64,000 nt of DNA from an uncultured Chloroflexia bacterium. Its GTDB lineage: Bacteria > Chloroflexota > Limnocylindria > Limnocylindrales > CSP1-4. The notes below the pieces were generated by a model. That model worked only from the letters and a program-made list of their open reading frames with translations, was not told the origin of the DNA and searched no databases. The stretch's first letter is position 1. Each line of letters begins with the position of its first letter. The DNA is taken from positions 388,059 through 452,058 of the forward strand of contig CAWFND010000008.1 in the NCBI GenBank assembly GCA_963817095.1. The letters run 5' to 3'. The position numbers were made by a program, and so were the translations under genes. Positions 1-8,561 of the stretch are shown in pieces.

Positions 1-1
1 C

Positions 2-568
2 CGCGACGCGGCCGGTCGGGCGCGCCTCGCGCTCCGTGCCCGCGGCCTTCCCGAACGTGCCCGCCTCGTCGTGACGTCGCCGCCCTATCTGCGGGTCGTG
101 AAGTACGGCTACTACAACTGGTTGCGGACGTGGTTCCTCGGCTTCGACGCCCGGGCGATCGACGCCACACTCGACGACGCCCATCACCGCGAGCCGTACC
201 TCGCGTTCCTGCGCGAAGTCCTCGTCGACCTCCGGACGATCCTGGCCGACGACGCGATCGTCGTCCTCGTGATCGGTGACGTCGAGACGGATCGCGGGCG
301 GCCGATCGCGGGCGCGATCGGGCTGGCAGAGCGGGTCTGGGAACAGGCCGCCGAGCCAGAGGGCTATCGACTCGCCGGCATCGCCCGGGACGAGGTGGCC
401 GCGAACCGGAAGATGACGAGGCTGTGGGGCGCCGAGGCCGGCCGCGCCACGAAGACCGACCGGATCGTCGTCCTCGGGGCGACCGAGGCCGGCCGGCGGC
501 GGGCCCTCTCCGCGGCCGCAAACCCGATCGACTGGGACTGGCCGCCGCGAGGGCTGCGAGCGATCTGA
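2..568 (+). CDS. DNA methyltransferase (N6-adenine/N4-cytosine type), 5' end outside window
   Basis: The frame is open from base 2 into ORF 71..568. The catalytic motif TSPPY at 74-88, preceded by VV, is typical of motif IV in amino-methyltransferases. No partner nuclease is visible in the window. Confidence 0.55.
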   Translation, partial: RDAAGRARLALRARGLPERARLVVTSPPYLRVVKYGYYNWLRTWFLGFDARAIDATLDDAHHREPYLAFLREVLVDLRTILADDAIVVLVIGDVETDRGRPIAGAIGLAERVWEQAAEPEGYRLAGIARDEVAANRKMTRLWGAEAGRATKTDRIVVLGATEAGRRRALSAAANPIDWDWPPRGLRAI

Positions 569-963
569 TGGACCCGCGGCCGGCGATCGTGCCGACGATC
601 CACACGCTCCTCGCCGCCGGTGTCGGGCTGCTCGCCGTGATCGGACTGTTCGGGCCCGGGTCAGGCGGCTCCTCGGCGGATGCCTCCGTCACCGTCGTCG
701 GGGGCGTCCAGTTCGCACTCTTCGTCGTCCTGCCGATGGTCGGGATCGTGATGTTCGGCCTGATCGACTGGCAGATGGGTCGCGGTCCGGGGATCCTCCG
801 CGCGGCCGACCTGGCCGTCTTCGCCCTTGCCGGACTCGAGCTGTCGCTCGGGACGACCGGGGTCGGCCGGTGGATGGTCGGGGTGCTGGCGCTGCTCGCC
901 GCGGCCGGTCTCGCGGCCTCGATCCTGATCGCTCGACCACGCCGCGCCGGCTTCCGGCGCTGA
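568..963 (+). CDS. small integral membrane protein
   Basis: The ATG at 568 overlaps the upstream stop (TGATG) and is in frame with ORF 424..963. There are several hydrophobic helices (LLAAGVGLLAVIGLF, FALFVVLPMVGIVMFGLI, VGVLALLAAAGLAASILI). Confidence 0.5.
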   Translation: MDPRPAIVPTIHTLLAAGVGLLAVIGLFGPGSGGSSADASVTVVGGVQFALFVVLPMVGIVMFGLIDWQMGRGPGILRAADLAVFALAGLELSLGTTGVGRWMVGVLALLAAAGLAASILIARPRRAGFRR

Positions 964-1064
964 CCCGCCCGGCGCCGGACGCGCCCCGCGGACCCCTCCT
1001 GGCCGGGCCGTCGCAGGTCCGCCCCGCCCGGTCTGCAGCAGACTCCCGAGGCTAGAATGCGGCC

Positions 1065-1292
1065 ATGAAGTTGATGTACCACCCGTCCGACCTTGCGGCG
1101 ATGGATCCCCTGGTCCTGATGAAGAACCTGGATCACGTCCGGATGACGAGTCGGCGGCTGTCGTACATCCTCCAGCAGCAGGTCCACCTCTACACCCCCG
1201 AGGCCAACCAGATCCGCGAGCAGATCGACACGTACGTCGAAGCGGAGCGACAGATCGAAGGCGAAATGGCCCGGAGGCGCATCCGCGCCTGA
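1065..1292 (+). CDS. hypothetical protein (75 aa)
   Basis: ORF 1065..1292 has a non-GC-biased, charged helical composition (QIREQIDTYVEAERQIEGEMARRR), unlike the shadow ORFs. I recognise no family. Confidence 0.4.
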   Translation: MKLMYHPSDLAAMDPLVLMKNLDHVRMTSRRLSYILQQQVHLYTPEANQIREQIDTYVEAERQIEGEMARRRIRA

Positions 1293-1295
1293 GGG

Positions 1296-1442
1296 GGCTG
1301 TCGCGCCAGGACGCCACTGCGTTCGTCGCGCCCGGGCGGTCAGGCGAAGGCGAAGCGCGAGCACCGGAGCGAGCGGGCTTGAAGGCCCGTGAGCGAGGAG
1401 CACAGGCTTCAACGCACGCATGGCCGTCCTGGCGCGACAGCC
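1296..1442. repeat. 147-nt structured intergenic repeat, copy 1 (15-bp perfect terminal inverted repeats)
   Basis: GGCTGTCGCGCCAGG at 1296-1310 is the reverse complement of CCTGGCGCGACAGCC at 1428-1442. The interior shares identical 37-nt and 17-nt blocks with 31006..31150. Confidence 0.75.
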
Positions 1443-1480
1443 AAAGAAAGGCCCCCGGATCCTGACCGATCCAGGGGCCT
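1443..1480 (-). terminator. intrinsic terminator of gene 1518..1979
   Basis: On the minus strand, a 12-bp GC-rich stem (1450-1461 / 1468-1479; its single mismatch is a G.U pair on the minus-strand RNA only) is followed by TTTCTTT. Confidence 0.6.
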
Positions 1481-1517
1481 CTCGCGTCGGATAACGACGC
1501 AACGATCTCGACGTCGT

Positions 1518-1979
1518 TCAGGCTCCGGCAGCCACCGCGATCCTGATCGATCCATGGTCCGGCGCGACTCGGTCGACCGGCTCGGAAGTGGGTCCGGCGG
1601 CTGGGGGCGCCGGCTGAGGGGGTTCGGACGCTTCGAGCGACACGGCGAGGGATGCGCCCTCGGGCGACGCGACCACGACCACCGCCCGGACCGCCTCGGC
1701 GGTACGGCGACGGCGCTCCTGGTCCTCGGCGACGACCTGGCTCACGAGGCCGGCGAGCGCCGGCATCTCGAACAGGCCGAAGCCGATCCCGATCGTCGCC
1801 AGGTCCTCGGCTCCGAGGCCGTGATAGAGGCCCCGGCCGGCGACGGCGCACATCTCGTCATAGAGCTCCGGCCAGCCGACGTGCTTGCGTCGATGGCAGA
1901 AGCGAACGAACTCCAACGCTTCGGCCTCTGTGCCGAGCGGCTCGGTGGCGGCTCGGGCAGTGCCGTTGCTGGGAACCAT
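1518..1979 (-). CDS. hypothetical protein (154 aa)
   Basis: Part of ORF 1518..2201 from the internal ATG at 1979 (MVPSNG...). It has a conserved-looking core (FVRFCHRRKHVGWPELYDEMCAVAGRGLYHG) followed by a Pro/Ala-rich tail. Confidence 0.5.
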   Translation of the reverse strand: MVPSNGTARAATEPLGTEAEALEFVRFCHRRKHVGWPELYDEMCAVAGRGLYHGLGAEDLATIGIGFGLFEMPALAGLVSQVVAEDQERRRRTAEAVRAVVVVASPEGASLAVSLEASEPPQPAPPAAGPTSEPVDRVAPDHGSIRIAVAAGA

Positions 1980-2249
1980 CGATGGCCGACCCTCCAGTCG
2001 ATCCCGTCGCGTGGCAGCACGAACCATCCACCCTCCGGTCGGCGGGATCTGCCGACCGCGGGATGCCCCGTGGAGTCTCACCGGCCGCGGGTTCCGTCCC
2101 TCCCGGAGAACTCTCGCCGGCCCGGTGGTCGGCAATGGTAGGACCGGCGGGCCCGTGGATGAAGGGGGTTTGTCCACCAACTCGTCCACGAACTTGTCCA
2201 CACACGAACGGACGTTCGACCCGCGGACGGCCGGATGCCGTGCCGGGCC

Positions 2250-3300
2250 TCAGGTGTGGCGACGCCGGATCCCCAGGCCGGGGTCCGGCGGGCGCCTGCC
2301 AGCGACAATCGTCATCGAGGACGAGACCGTCGAACGGGTCGTCGGCGAGGAGGAGGCTGCCGTCAAGGTCCACCCAATCGGCGAGCGACGCCACCGCCAC
2401 GGACGCCGCGATGCCGACCGACGTCTCCTCCATGCAGCCAAGGAACGTCCGGAACCCGAGCTCTCGAGCGGCGGCGAGCATCGCCCGTGCGGGTCCGACC
2501 CCACCGCATTTCGCCAGCTTGACGTTGACCCCGGCGACGACCCCGACGAGCCCCCGCAGGTCCCGGATCGTGACCGCGCTCTCGTCCGCCACGATCGGCA
2601 GGGATGAGCGCTCCTGGAGCCAGCCCAGCTGGTCCAGGCGATCTGCCGGGAACGGCTGCTCGATCAGCTCGACAGCCAGCCGCTCCAGCTCCGGGATCAG
2701 CTCGACCGCCTCATCCGGCTGCCAGCCCGTGTTCGCGTCGACTCGGAGAGCCCCGCCGTAGACGGCCCGGACGGCCTCGAGCGTCGCGAGATCCGCCGCC
2801 CCGCCGAGCTTGATCTTGAGGGCGGGGAACCGGGCCGCCCGGGTCGCTCGTTGGGCGACCACGTCGGGCGCGTCGATGCCGAGCGTGAAGTCCGTGGGCG
2901 GGATCGGCCCCGCGGTGTCGAGGAGCGTCGCCAGCGGCTGCCCGAGCACCTGGCCGAACAGGTCGTGAAGGGCGATGTCCAGCGCGCATTTCGCCGCGCC
3001 GTTGTGGGCGATGACCCGGTCCATCGCCGCATCGGCCGCGACCAGGCCAGCGGTGCTCGCGTCCGGCTCGCCGATCGCGCCGATCAGGAGCGGCAGCACG
3101 GCCGCCACCGTCTCGACGGTTTCCCCGTAGAACCGATCCGGGAACCCCTCCCCCGTCCCGACGAGCCCGGGGAACCGGTCGTCGCGGAGCCGCACGATCA
3201 CGGTCGTCACCGCGTGGCCGGCGTCGTGATCCGAACGGGCAATCCGGAACGGGTCGCGCAGGGCCAGGCGGAGGACCTCGTGATCGAGGTGGAGCGCCAC
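2250..3300 (-). CDS. dipeptide epimerase / enolase-superfamily racemase (L-Ala-D/L-Glu epimerase-like)
   Basis: ORF 1858..3300 has enolase-superfamily hallmarks (KIKLG, RVDANTGW, IEQP, IVADES, VNVKLAKCGG). The canonical C-terminus (PDPGLGIRRRHT*) is in the +1 frame (ORF 2250..2504), so a frameshift near 2290 is likely. As sequenced, the ORF runs on to 1858. Confidence 0.75.
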
Positions 3301-4443
3301 TCAGGCCGCCCCTGATCGCGCGCTGGTCGCCATGCTGTCGGTCGCGCGGACCCATGGCAGCGCGTCGACACCCTGCTCGATCTCGGCCCAGAGCGGGCCG
3401 GCCCCGAACCGGACCGGATCGTCGACGGGCAGGCCCGTCTCGGCCGCGATCCGGGCGATCTCCTCCCGGGCACGGGCCTCATCGGGGATGCCGGACGTGT
3501 TGAGGGCGATCGCGACGACCTTCGACGGCGCGACGAGACCGGCGACGCGCTCGTGGAGGTCGATGAACGGCCGCAGGTCGGCGATCGGGAACGAGGCATC
3601 CGGGAGGTGATCGAAGTCGTGCTCGACCTGGCCCGCCTTGTGGACGAGGACCATGGCCTGCGGCGTGGCGCCGTGGATCAAGGCGAGCGTCACCGACGAG
3701 TAGGCCGGGTGGTCCAGGGACCCCTGGCCCTCGACGATGACCCAGTCGCCGCGCGCCTCACCCTCCTCGACCATCCATTCGACCGTGCCCTGGGCGAAGT
3801 CGCTGATCAGGCGGTCGACCGCGGCGCCCCACCCGTCGATCATCATCCCCGTCTGCCCGGTCGGGACGAAGGCGACGGATCGGCCGGCCGTCCGGGCCGC
3901 CGACCGGAGCTCCAGGGCGACCGACATCTTGCCGATCGCGCAGTCGGTCCCGACCGTCAGGATCACCCGCTTCCCTGGGCCGTGGTGCCGCCCGACGGCC
4001 GTCTCCATCCGGGATGGCGGCCGGCGGTAGTCGACGATCGCGGTGCCCGCCGCGGCAGCGGCCGCCGCGAACTCCGGGTCGTCGCCGAGGAACGTGTGCA
4101 ACCCGGAGTGGACGTCCAGCCCCGCCTGGATCGCGGCGAGGATCGTCGCGCGCCAGCTCGCGGGCAGCTTGCCGCCGGTCGGGGCGATCCCGATGAGCAG
4201 CGTGTCGGGGCGCGGCTCGCGGGCCAATGCCTCGTCGAGGGTCGCGACGATCGGGATGTCCCGGCCGGGCAGGATCGCGGACACGTTGCCGCCGGCCTGG
4301 GTCGAGTCGATCACGGCCACGACATCGTCCGGCCCGTAGCGGATCACGCCGACCGCGGTCTTGCCGTGATGGAAGCCGAAGTTGCCCTCGGCGAGGATCA
4401 CGAGACGGCGCGGCCGGATCGACGAGACGGGGCGGTCGGTCAT
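3301..4443 (-). CDS. DUF1611 family protein (DgcN-like)
   Basis: ORF 3301..4464 with an ATG at 4443. It has the characteristic GTDCAIGKMS P-loop-like motif and EGQGSLDHPAYS. Its stop abuts the epimerase start codon. Confidence 0.8.
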   Translation of the reverse strand: MTDRPVSSIRPRRLVILAEGNFGFHHGKTAVGVIRYGPDDVVAVIDSTQAGGNVSAILPGRDIPIVATLDEALAREPRPDTLLIGIAPTGGKLPASWRATILAAIQAGLDVHSGLHTFLGDDPEFAAAAAAAGTAIVDYRRPPSRMETAVGRHHGPGKRVILTVGTDCAIGKMSVALELRSAARTAGRSVAFVPTGQTGMMIDGWGAAVDRLISDFAQGTVEWMVEEGEARGDWVIVEGQGSLDHPAYSSVTLALIHGATPQAMVLVHKAGQVEHDFDHLPDASFPIADLRPFIDLHERVAGLVAPSKVVAIALNTSGIPDEARAREEIARIAAETGLPVDDPVRFGAGPLWAEIEQGVDALPWVRATDSMATSARSGAA

Positions 4444-4481
4444 GCGCGCGAGTCTACGGTCCAAGCGGGCGTGGTGAGGAT

Positions 4482-4558
4482 TGGTACCGCATACCGGATT
4501 CGAACCGGTGATCTCCGCCTTGAGAGGGCGGTGTCCTGGGCCTCTAGACGAATGCGGC
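4482..4558 (-). tRNA. tRNA-Glu (anticodon CUC), CCA encoded
   Basis: The reverse complement GCCGCATTCGTCTAGAGGCCCAGGACACCGCCCTCTCAAGGCGGAGATCACCGGTTCGAATCCGGTATGCGGTACCA folds as a cloverleaf. The anticodon loop is CTCTCAA and the T-loop is GTTCGAATC. Confidence 0.9.
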
Positions 4559-4635
4559 TCCGCGGACGCGACGCCGATGGGTCGCGGCCGGACCCGGATG
4601 ATACCAACCGACCCCGACCCTAGCCAAGGGCGCCC

Positions 4636-5514
4636 TCAGAGCCGGTTCGCCTCGAGGAACACGCGGATCGCCTCGGCCACCTGCTGATGGCTCTGCTCGC
4701 CGACGATCAGGCCGTAGTGCGAGTGGGCCCCGAACGGCTCGTACTCCGCGCCGAGCCAGTCCGCGAGTCGCTCGACGTCCGGCTCCGGAACCATCCGGTC
4801 GAGGCCGCCACCGATGACGAGGCGCGGGATCTCCGCGAACGGCCGGGGATCGACCGGGACGCCGGACAGGACCGTCCGCAGCGCCCGACCGCTCTCGTGC
4901 GGCTTCTGCCCGAGGAGGTGCTGGATCCGGAGGACGTCGGCGATCGTCAGGTCGCGGTGATCCCGCTGGAGCTTCTCGGGCAGCGTCGTCCAGCCGATCC
5001 GGCCACGTCCATAGACGTCCGGGACGTCGCGCAGCTCGTGGGGCTGGGCGGGGCTCCGGAGCTCGGCCGGCAGCTCCGGCGAGAGCAGAACGAGCCCCCC
5101 GATCGGGGCCTGCTCGGCCGCCTTGAGGATCAGCAGGCCGCCGAGGCCGTGGCCGATCGCCACGGTCGTCGGACCGAGGCGGTTCAGCGCCGCCGCGACG
5201 TCGTCGACGTACGTCTGGAAGGTCAGCTCCGTCGGGTCGGCGGTTCGCGACCAGTGGTGGTTCTGGAGGTTGAGGGCGTGACCCTCCCATCCCCGCGACG
5301 CGAAGAAACCGAGGTAGCGCTCCCAGACCCACGAGCCCGCGAGCTCGCCGTGGACGAAGAGGAGCGGCTTGCGGCGCGACCGGCGCTCGGGCAGCCACGA
5401 CTCGATGTAGAGGCCCCGGTCGTGCAGCTCGATCTCGTCCTTGCGGACGGGCCGGCCGTTGGCGGAGGGGACCTGGGCGCGGGCGAGGATCTGGTCCGGC
5501 GTGGATTCGGTCAT
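4636..5514 (-). CDS. alpha/beta hydrolase
   Basis: ORF 4636..5514 is intact, with the nucleophile-elbow region IGHGLGG and an LLFVHGE oxyanion-type segment. Confidence 0.75.
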   Translation of the reverse strand: MTESTPDQILARAQVPSANGRPVRKDEIELHDRGLYIESWLPERRSRRKPLLFVHGELAGSWVWERYLGFFASRGWEGHALNLQNHHWSRTADPTELTFQTYVDDVAAALNRLGPTTVAIGHGLGGLLILKAAEQAPIGGLVLLSPELPAELRSPAQPHELRDVPDVYGRGRIGWTTLPEKLQRDHRDLTIADVLRIQHLLGQKPHESGRALRTVLSGVPVDPRPFAEIPRLVIGGGLDRMVPEPDVERLADWLGAEYEPFGAHSHYGLIVGEQSHQQVAEAIRVFLEANRL

Positions 5515-5551
5515 GGACGCTGGGCTCCGGGACGCTGCGACATCGGTTGGC

Positions 5552-6868
5552 TCACCACTCGTGCGGATTGATGACCAGGCCGGTCAGGGCCTTGGGATAG
5601 AAGTAGGTCGACTTCTGGGGCATGACGTCGCCCTCGCGGGCGACCGCAGCGATCGATTCGACCGGGGTCGGCTCGAGGAGGAAGGCCACGTCGATCCCGT
5701 CGCGCCGCGTGTCGACAGCTTCGACGGCATCGGTCGCAGACTTGGTGTAGCTGATCCGGTCGCTCGACGCCACGTCCTCGGGCGCGATCCCGAGCACGTG
5801 GCTGATCGCGGCACCGACGAGCGCGACGTCGAGCCGATGCAGGGCCGGACCGCCGGGGGGCAGGATCGGCTCGAACGCGGTCCGGCGCGCCTCCAGCATC
5901 CATCCGCCTTCGCGGGTCCACAACCCGAACTGGCCGTGGCCGCCTGCCGCGGCCGCGTTGCCGAACCGCGCGACGAGCTCCTCCCTACCTGCCGGCGTCA
6001 TCGCGAACAGGTCTGCGAGACGAGCGGGTGCCTCGGCATGGTTCGTCCCGACCAGGCCCGAGATCAGCCGATGCGTGGCGAGGACGGTCAGCGGCTCGGC
6101 CGTCGTCTCGAGGAACAGCATCAGGAGGTAGTCGAACGCGGGGTCCTCCTCGCACGATCGGCTCATCCGTCGCTCGTCGCGATAGCGGAGGGCGGTCTCG
6201 TAGCGGTGGTGGCCGTCGGCGATCGTGACCGGCTCGGCGGCGGCGATCGCGATCAGCTCCGTGACCGCATCGCCGGACGGCCCGTCTGCTTCGACGACCC
6301 ACAGCCGGTGCCGGACGCCGTCATCGTCGACGACGTCCACGCCGGGGCTCGCCGTCGCCAGCGTCGCGAGGATGACGCTCGCCCGGCCCGTGGCATCGTC
6401 GTAGAGGCCGACGACGGGACTCGTGTTCACTCCGGTCGCCCGGAGCAGGCGATAGCGGTCCTCACGCGCGGCGGCGAGCGTCCGTTCGTGGGGAAGGACC
6501 CCGGACCCGGGCTCGAGCGGCTCCAGCCGGAGCCGGGCGAAGAACCCGCGCTGGGTCCGCTCGGCTCCGGATCCCGGCACGCGATAGGCCTGCTCGTAGA
6601 CGTAGACGGCGGGGCGCGGATCCTTGTGGAGCGTCCCGTCCGAGCGCCACGCCGCAAGCGTCCGGGCGGCCCGACGATAGCGGTCGTCCTCCGCGTCGCC
6701 CAGCTCATCGGCGGGGGCGTCGAGACGCACGACGTTGCGCTCGCTCCTGGCGATGAGCCGGCGCCGGTCCGCGGCCGACAGGACGTCGTACGGCGGCGCG
6801 ACCACCGTGGCGACGTCGACGGCCTCAGGGTCATAGCGGAGGGCGCGGAAGGGTCGGATCTGGGGCAC
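5552..6868 (-). CDS. DUF1015 family protein
   Basis: C-terminal 438 codons of ORF 5552..8128 from the GTG at 6868 (VPQIRPFRALRYD...). It has the typical DUF1015 N-terminus and the ADGHHRYETAL motif. Confidence 0.8.
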   Translation of the reverse strand: MPQIRPFRALRYDPEAVDVATVVAPPYDVLSAADRRRLIARSERNVVRLDAPADELGDAEDDRYRRAARTLAAWRSDGTLHKDPRPAVYVYEQAYRVPGSGAERTQRGFFARLRLEPLEPGSGVLPHERTLAAAREDRYRLLRATGVNTSPVVGLYDDATGRASVILATLATASPGVDVVDDDGVRHRLWVVEADGPSGDAVTELIAIAAAEPVTIADGHHRYETALRYRDERRMSRSCEEDPAFDYLLMLFLETTAEPLTVLATHRLISGLVGTNHAEAPARLADLFAMTPAGREELVARFGNAAAAGGHGQFGLWTREGGWMLEARRTAFEPILPPGGPALHRLDVALVGAAISHVLGIAPEDVASSDRISYTKSATDAVEAVDTRRDGIDVAFLLEPTPVESIAAVAREGDVMPQKSTYFYPKALTGLVINPHEW

Positions 6869-7060
6869 GGGCTCCTCGGTGGATGGCTCGGGTTGACCCG
6901 ATCCGCGGGTGACGCCACGGTGGGTCGGCCCGGACCGGCATCGTACGCTAGCCGGGACCGATGCGCCGCCCGGGACCCGACCGGCGATCCGCAACAGGAT
7001 CCTTGGTCCTCGAGGCGGGTGCCGCCGCCCCGATCCTCGAGGCGGTGTACGCTCGCGGGG

Positions 7061-7555
7061 ATGTTCCCCATCGGTTGCTGGCCGCTCCGACGTGCCCGGT
7101 CCGTCGTGTCGATCACCGTGGGATCGGTGGTCCTGGTCATGCTGCTGGCGGGCTGCGGGAGGATCTCGACGGCCCCACCGGCGCCGACGCCCGCGGACTT
7201 CCAGGGGATCGCCGGCGACGTCGTCCAGCGTGGGATCCAGGTGAGCAACATTGTCGCGGGGGACGCGGGCTGCGCCGACGCCGGCCTGGCGAAGACGGCG
7301 ATCCGGTTCGACGCGGTCGGGCTCGACCAGGCGAAGCCCGCGCGGCTGTACCTCTACATCTTCGGCAACCGGGACAGCTACGAACGCCTCCGCGCGACGG
7401 TCGATGCCTGCGCCCGGTCCTACGTCGCGGACCCCGAGACCTACGAATCCGTCGAGACGTCGCCCTTCGTCCTGTCCGGCCAGGGTCCGTGGGGACAGAA
7501 CTTCAAGACGAACCTTCGAGCCGCGATCGTGGAGGCCGCGGGAACCGGCGACTGA
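7061..7555 (+). CDS. lipoprotein, unknown function
   Basis: ATG at 7061 in frame with ORF 5441..7555. It has a signal peptide with the lipobox LLAGC. Confidence 0.6.
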   Translation: MFPIGCWPLRRARSVVSITVGSVVLVMLLAGCGRISTAPPAPTPADFQGIAGDVVQRGIQVSNIVAGDAGCADAGLAKTAIRFDAVGLDQAKPARLYLYIFGNRDSYERLRATVDACARSYVADPETYESVETSPFVLSGQGPWGQNFKTNLRAAIVEAAGTGD

Positions 7556-7809
7556 CCGGCGGTGCCCGCTGACACCGCCCGGGCGGCACCCGGTCGGCCC
7601 CGGGGCCGGCCCACTCGGGCCGGGGCGCTTGCGCCATTGATCGGTGGCCAGGACCGTCCCAGTCTCGCCGCCCAGCCCGGACGAGCTCCCGGCCCGCGTC
7701 TCCGTCGATCGGAGCGGCCAATGACGACATCCAGCCTCGTCCCGTTGCTCGCGAGCGTTCCCTTGCTCGAGGGCGGAGCCGGCGCCTAGCGCGGGCACCG
7801 AGTCGCAGC

Positions 7810-8553
7810 ATGAGCTCTCGACCTTCGGCTGCCCGACGCCTCCATGCCGCGGTCGTGTCCGCCCTGATCGGAGCCGCCATGGCGGCATCGGTCTCGAGCC
7901 CGACGGCCGCCCGAACGATCGACACGGCGGTCGTGGGCGCCCCGTCGGCGACGCAGGTTGAGACCGACGCGCAACGGCCGATCGCGGACGCCACCGATCC
8001 CTCCGGCACTGCCCTCGCGGTTCGCGGCCTCCGCGTCGCGACCGCCGTGATCGCCGCGATGGCCGGTCCGCCGGTGCCTGCGCCAATCCCAGGTGACCGG
8101 CCCCAGCGAGCCGCGAAGCCTGCTCCACCGGTGGCGCGGCCCGCCGCCCACTCCTACCACGGACGCAACCACGTCTGGATCCCGGCGCTCGGGATCAACC
8201 GCTCAGTCAGCGCGTTCCCGTGCTCCCGGGCGGAGCCACCGGACAACCTGACCTATCGGTGGGGATGTGCCGGCAGGAACAATGTCTATCTCCTCGGCCA
8301 TGCCGACAGCGTCTTCAAGCCGCTCCACGACGCCTACGTCCACGGACGCCTGAAGAAGGGGATGCGGGTCTGGTACGCCGACGGCAGCGGTCGTGTCCAC
8401 GTCTACTCGGTCATCTGGTGGCGCGTCACCGCCCCGACCACGGCCGCATCGTGGGCGTGGGCTGCGCAGACCCGGCCGAGCATGACGCTCCAGACGTGCC
8501 TCGGGGCGACCAACCAGTACCGGTTGATGGTCCGGCTCGTCCAGGTCGGCTGA
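7810..8553 (+). CDS. sortase-like transpeptidase (class F-like)
   Basis: ORF 7810..8553 has an N-terminal signal/anchor followed by the catalytic-type residues LLGHAD, MTLQTC and RLMVRL (His-Cys-Arg triad spacing). Confidence 0.55.
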   Translation: MSSRPSAARRLHAAVVSALIGAAMAASVSSPTAARTIDTAVVGAPSATQVETDAQRPIADATDPSGTALAVRGLRVATAVIAAMAGPPVPAPIPGDRPQRAAKPAPPVARPAAHSYHGRNHVWIPALGINRSVSAFPCSRAEPPDNLTYRWGCAGRNNVYLLGHADSVFKPLHDAYVHGRLKKGMRVWYADGSGRVHVYSVIWWRVTAPTTAASWAWAAQTRPSMTLQTCLGATNQYRLMVRLVQVG

Positions 8554-8561
8554 GAGCGAGG

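Noticed and set aside
661-1851. Long ORFs of 250-880 aa running antisense to or out of frame with recognisable genes. Examples are 661..1851, 5441..7555 (5' part), 16394..17554, 19125..20342, 20330..21826, 24591..25571, 33271..34836, 37685..39673, 49966..51696 and 55430..56473.
   Set aside because: Their Arg/Pro/Gly/Ala-dominated composition, lack of motifs and complete overlap with well-supported genes are typical of shadow ORFs in very GC-rich DNA.
7729-7797. 22-codon ORF (MTTSSLVPLLASVPLLEGGAGA) just upstream of the sortase-like gene, considered as a possible substrate or leader peptide.
   Set aside because: There is no sorting signal and no ribosome-binding site that I could see, and an ORF of this size is expected by chance.
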